From assembly GCF_000973505.1 (NCBI RefSeq), contig NZ_CP010048.1, forward strand, positions 717,322 to 749,321: a stretch of DNA of 32,000 nt, in the 5' to 3' direction. Shown piece by piece: positions 30,397 through 32,000 of the stretch. The notes beneath the pieces are model-generated. The model was given only the letters and a program-made list of their open reading frames with translations. It was not told the origin of the DNA and searched no databases. How positions within the stretch are numbered: the first letter of the stretch is position 1; each line of letters starts with the position of its first letter. This stretch comes from Candidatus Saccharimonadota bacterium (GTDB lineage Bacteria > Pseudomonadota > Gammaproteobacteria > Enterobacterales > Enterobacteriaceae). A program made the position numbers and the translations under genes.

Positions 30397-30458
30397 GATA
30401 AAATAAATGTAAAAAAACAGCAAGATAAAATAAATGTAAAAAAACAGCAAGATAAATA
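30397..30458. repeat. Perfect 27-bp tandem repeat, 2 full copies plus 8 bp of a third
   Basis: gataaaataaatgtaaaaaaacagcaa occurs at 30397-30423 and 30424-30450, followed by gataaata. It lies in the spacer between the metA stop and the pgi start. Confidence 0.9.
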
Positions 30459-30513
30459 CCACTAAAAAAACAATTTAAAAAATAATAAAAACAAAAAAAA
30501 ATTTATAAATTAT

Positions 30514-31446
30514 TTATTTAACGCCGTCCCTTATATCATAAGGGACCTTCTGATATACATAATAATTTAACCAATTAGAAAACAATAAATATCCGTGACT
30601 ACGCCAATTCATTAATGGAAGCAAATTGGGATTGTTTTCTGGAAAATAATTTTCAGGCACAACCACTCTTAATCCATTCTTTAAATCACGATAATACTCT
30701 TGTGCCAAAGTCAATAAATCATATTCTGGATGTCCTGTAATAAACACTAAACGCTTATCGTGACTAGTAAACAAATACGCCCCTGCTATATCAGATTCAA
30801 CTAAAACTTCTAAATCTGTAAACCGACGAATAACTTCAGCAGAAAAATCACTGTAACGAGAATGAGGAACATAAAAATAACCATCAAAACCTCGTGTCAA
30901 TAAAGCATGAACATTTAATGTTTTATGCAAATAAACACCCATTAACTTTTCTTTTCTAGTAACTTTAGGTAAATCATATAATACATATAACGCCGCTTGA
31001 GCAGCCCAACAAATAAACAACGATGTTGTTACGTGTTCTAACGCCCACAAAAAAATAGTTTTTATTTCAGACCAAAAAACAATATCACAAAAATCAACCA
31101 ATCCTAACGGAGCACCTGTAACAATTAAACCATCGAATTGTGCGTCACAAATATCCATAAAACTACAATAAAAAGTTTGTATATGCTCAATTGGAGTATG
31201 CTTAGAATTACGATGGTTAATACATAATAACTGAATATCTATCTGTAAAGGAAAATTTGATAACAATCTAAGAAACTGGTTTTCAGTTTCAATTTTTTTC
31301 GGCATTAAATTTAAAATCAAAATTTTAATAACTGCATCATGTTCATAATTAATTTCAATATTGACGTGCGATTGTTTCATAACAAAAATATTTTCCCCAC
31401 GCAATAAACCCACCGAAGGCAACTCGTCTAATACCCGAATTGGCAT
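30514..31446 (-). CDS. metA: Homoserine O-succinyltransferase
   Basis: [69 protein letters not shown] and [14 protein letters not shown] match E. coli MetA (309 aa). I place the start at ATG 31446, preceded by an AAGGTG Shine-Dalgarno with a 6-nt spacer. The track start at 31455 is a GTG inside that Shine-Dalgarno. Confidence 0.94.
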   Translation of the reverse strand: MPIRVLDELPSVGLLRGENIFVMKQSHVNIEINYEHDAVIKILILNLMPKKIETENQFLRLLSNFPLQIDIQLLCINHRNSKHTPIEHIQTFYCSFMDICDAQFDGLIVTGAPLGLVDFCDIVFWSEIKTIFLWALEHVTTSLFICWAAQAALYVLYDLPKVTRKEKLMGVYLHKTLNVHALLTRGFDGYFYVPHSRYSDFSAEVIRRFTDLEVLVESDIAGAYLFTSHDKRLVFITGHPEYDLLTLAQEYYRDLKNGLRVVVPENYFPENNPNLLPLMNWRSHGYLLFSNWLNYYVYQKVPYDIRDGVK

Positions 31447-31478
31447 AATTTTCACCTTTTATCATTCAACGTTAACAA

Positions 31479-31552
<74 letters not shown>

Positions 31553-31582
31553 AAAAACTTAATTAGTAACTTAGTTAAGATA

Positions 31583-31612
31583 ATTATAACATCATCATAC
31601 ACATCATATCAA
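31583..31612 (-). promoter_or_regulatory. Candidate sigma-70 promoter for tRNA-Ile (and possibly metA)
   Basis: The minus strand reads TTGATA (31612-31607), an 18-nt spacer, then TATAAT (31588-31583). The -10 hexamer ends 30 nt upstream of the mature tRNA 5' end. Matches like this arise easily in AT-rich DNA, so confidence is low. Confidence 0.25.
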
Positions 31613-31746
31613 AAATACCAAGCTATCACTATAGAGAAAAATTCTGTTTTATATATTGTGAATAACTAGGATAATAAACTGTGAATAAATAGAGTATAAA
31701 CTGAAAATATTTGTTACAACAAAAATATTCTCACACATTAACAACA

Positions 31747-31990
31747 TTAAATAAAAAATACACAAAAAAACCACCCAAACACACATCTAAAACACACACA
31801 CAAATCATATAAAAAATACAAAAAACACAATAAAATATCATATATAATAAAACAAAACACACAAAATACATAAACACAAATAAATATAATAATAATAATA
31901 ATAAAGATAAAAAATTTGCAAAAAAACATAAAATTCACTATAGTATAAAACAAACAAAAAAATACTACACACACACCACCTTAAAAAATA
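31747..31990. repeat. A/C-only low-complexity tract with short (CA)n runs and a (TAA)6 microsatellite
   Basis: I count only about 3 G in roughly 250 nt. CA runs occur near 31790-31800 and 31967-31975, and (TAA)6 is at 31887-31904. Confidence 0.7.
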
Positions 31991-32000
31991 AAAATAAAAA

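Noticed and set aside
30397-30458. 27-bp repeats considered as a CRISPR array
   Set aside because: The copies are directly adjacent with no spacers. There are only about 2.3 units, no dyad symmetry and no cas genes, so this is a plain tandem duplication.
10161-31455. N-terminal extensions in the ORF track: glnA from 10161, polA from 13819, ubiB from 18220, ubiE from 19316, metE from 24430, rpoH from 25736, pgi from 30022 and metA from 31455
   Set aside because: The extended starts are mostly TTG or GTG (checked for glnA, polA, metE, pgi and metA). They add residues with no counterpart in E. coli orthologues and in several cases overlap the Shine-Dalgarno of a downstream ATG that restores the orthologous length. 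The internal ATGs were preferred.
31747-31974. Minus-strand 75-aa ORF (Phe/Cys/Val/Ile-rich)
   Set aside because: It is a translation of the A/C-only low-complexity tract and has no coding signature.

Overview
AT-rich window (about 27-30% G+C by eye) from a reduced gammaproteobacterial, Enterobacterales-derived genome. It most resembles an insect endosymbiont of the Blochmannia/Buchnera type, but that organism assignment is a guess. I can support 25 protein genes and 1 tRNA, and all are recognisable housekeeping genes. They form blocks that are each collinear with E. coli K-12 as I remember it: (1) waaC, a GT4 gene, waaA, waaE, rpmG-rpmB, dut, yicC, then a MarR-family gene, then gmk; (2) glnA, engB, polA (5'-3' exonuclease part only), dsbA, ubiD, ubiB, ubiE, rmuC, udp, metE; (3) rpoH, ftsY, rsmD; (4) pgi, metA, tRNA-Ile(GAU). 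The genes that separate these in E. coli are missing and replaced by gene-free spacers of 0.2-0.8 kb: coaD, mutM, radC, coaBC, slmA, pyrE, rph, rpoZ-spoT, glnLG, tatABC, rfaH, ubiJ, metR, ftsEX and an rrn operon. Seven ORF-track starts are over-extended, and I re-set them from homology plus Shine-Dalgarno evidence. rpmG is too short for the track and was found by hand translation. I see no defence island, CRISPR, intact mobile element, toxin-antitoxin pair or multi-gene cassette of unknown function, so I cannot honestly claim a novel system here. The items worth a second look are: a non-syntenic MarR-family regulator in almost G+C-free spacers that carry periodic repeats, ATCGAT palindromes and a MITE-like inverted repeat; polA truncated to its exonuclease domain; a tRNA-Ile(GAU) with no 16S gene nearby, sitting 32 nt from metA; very strong strand asymmetry that splits proteome composition by coding strand; several perfect tandem duplications; and slippage-prone A9-A10 tracts inside genes.
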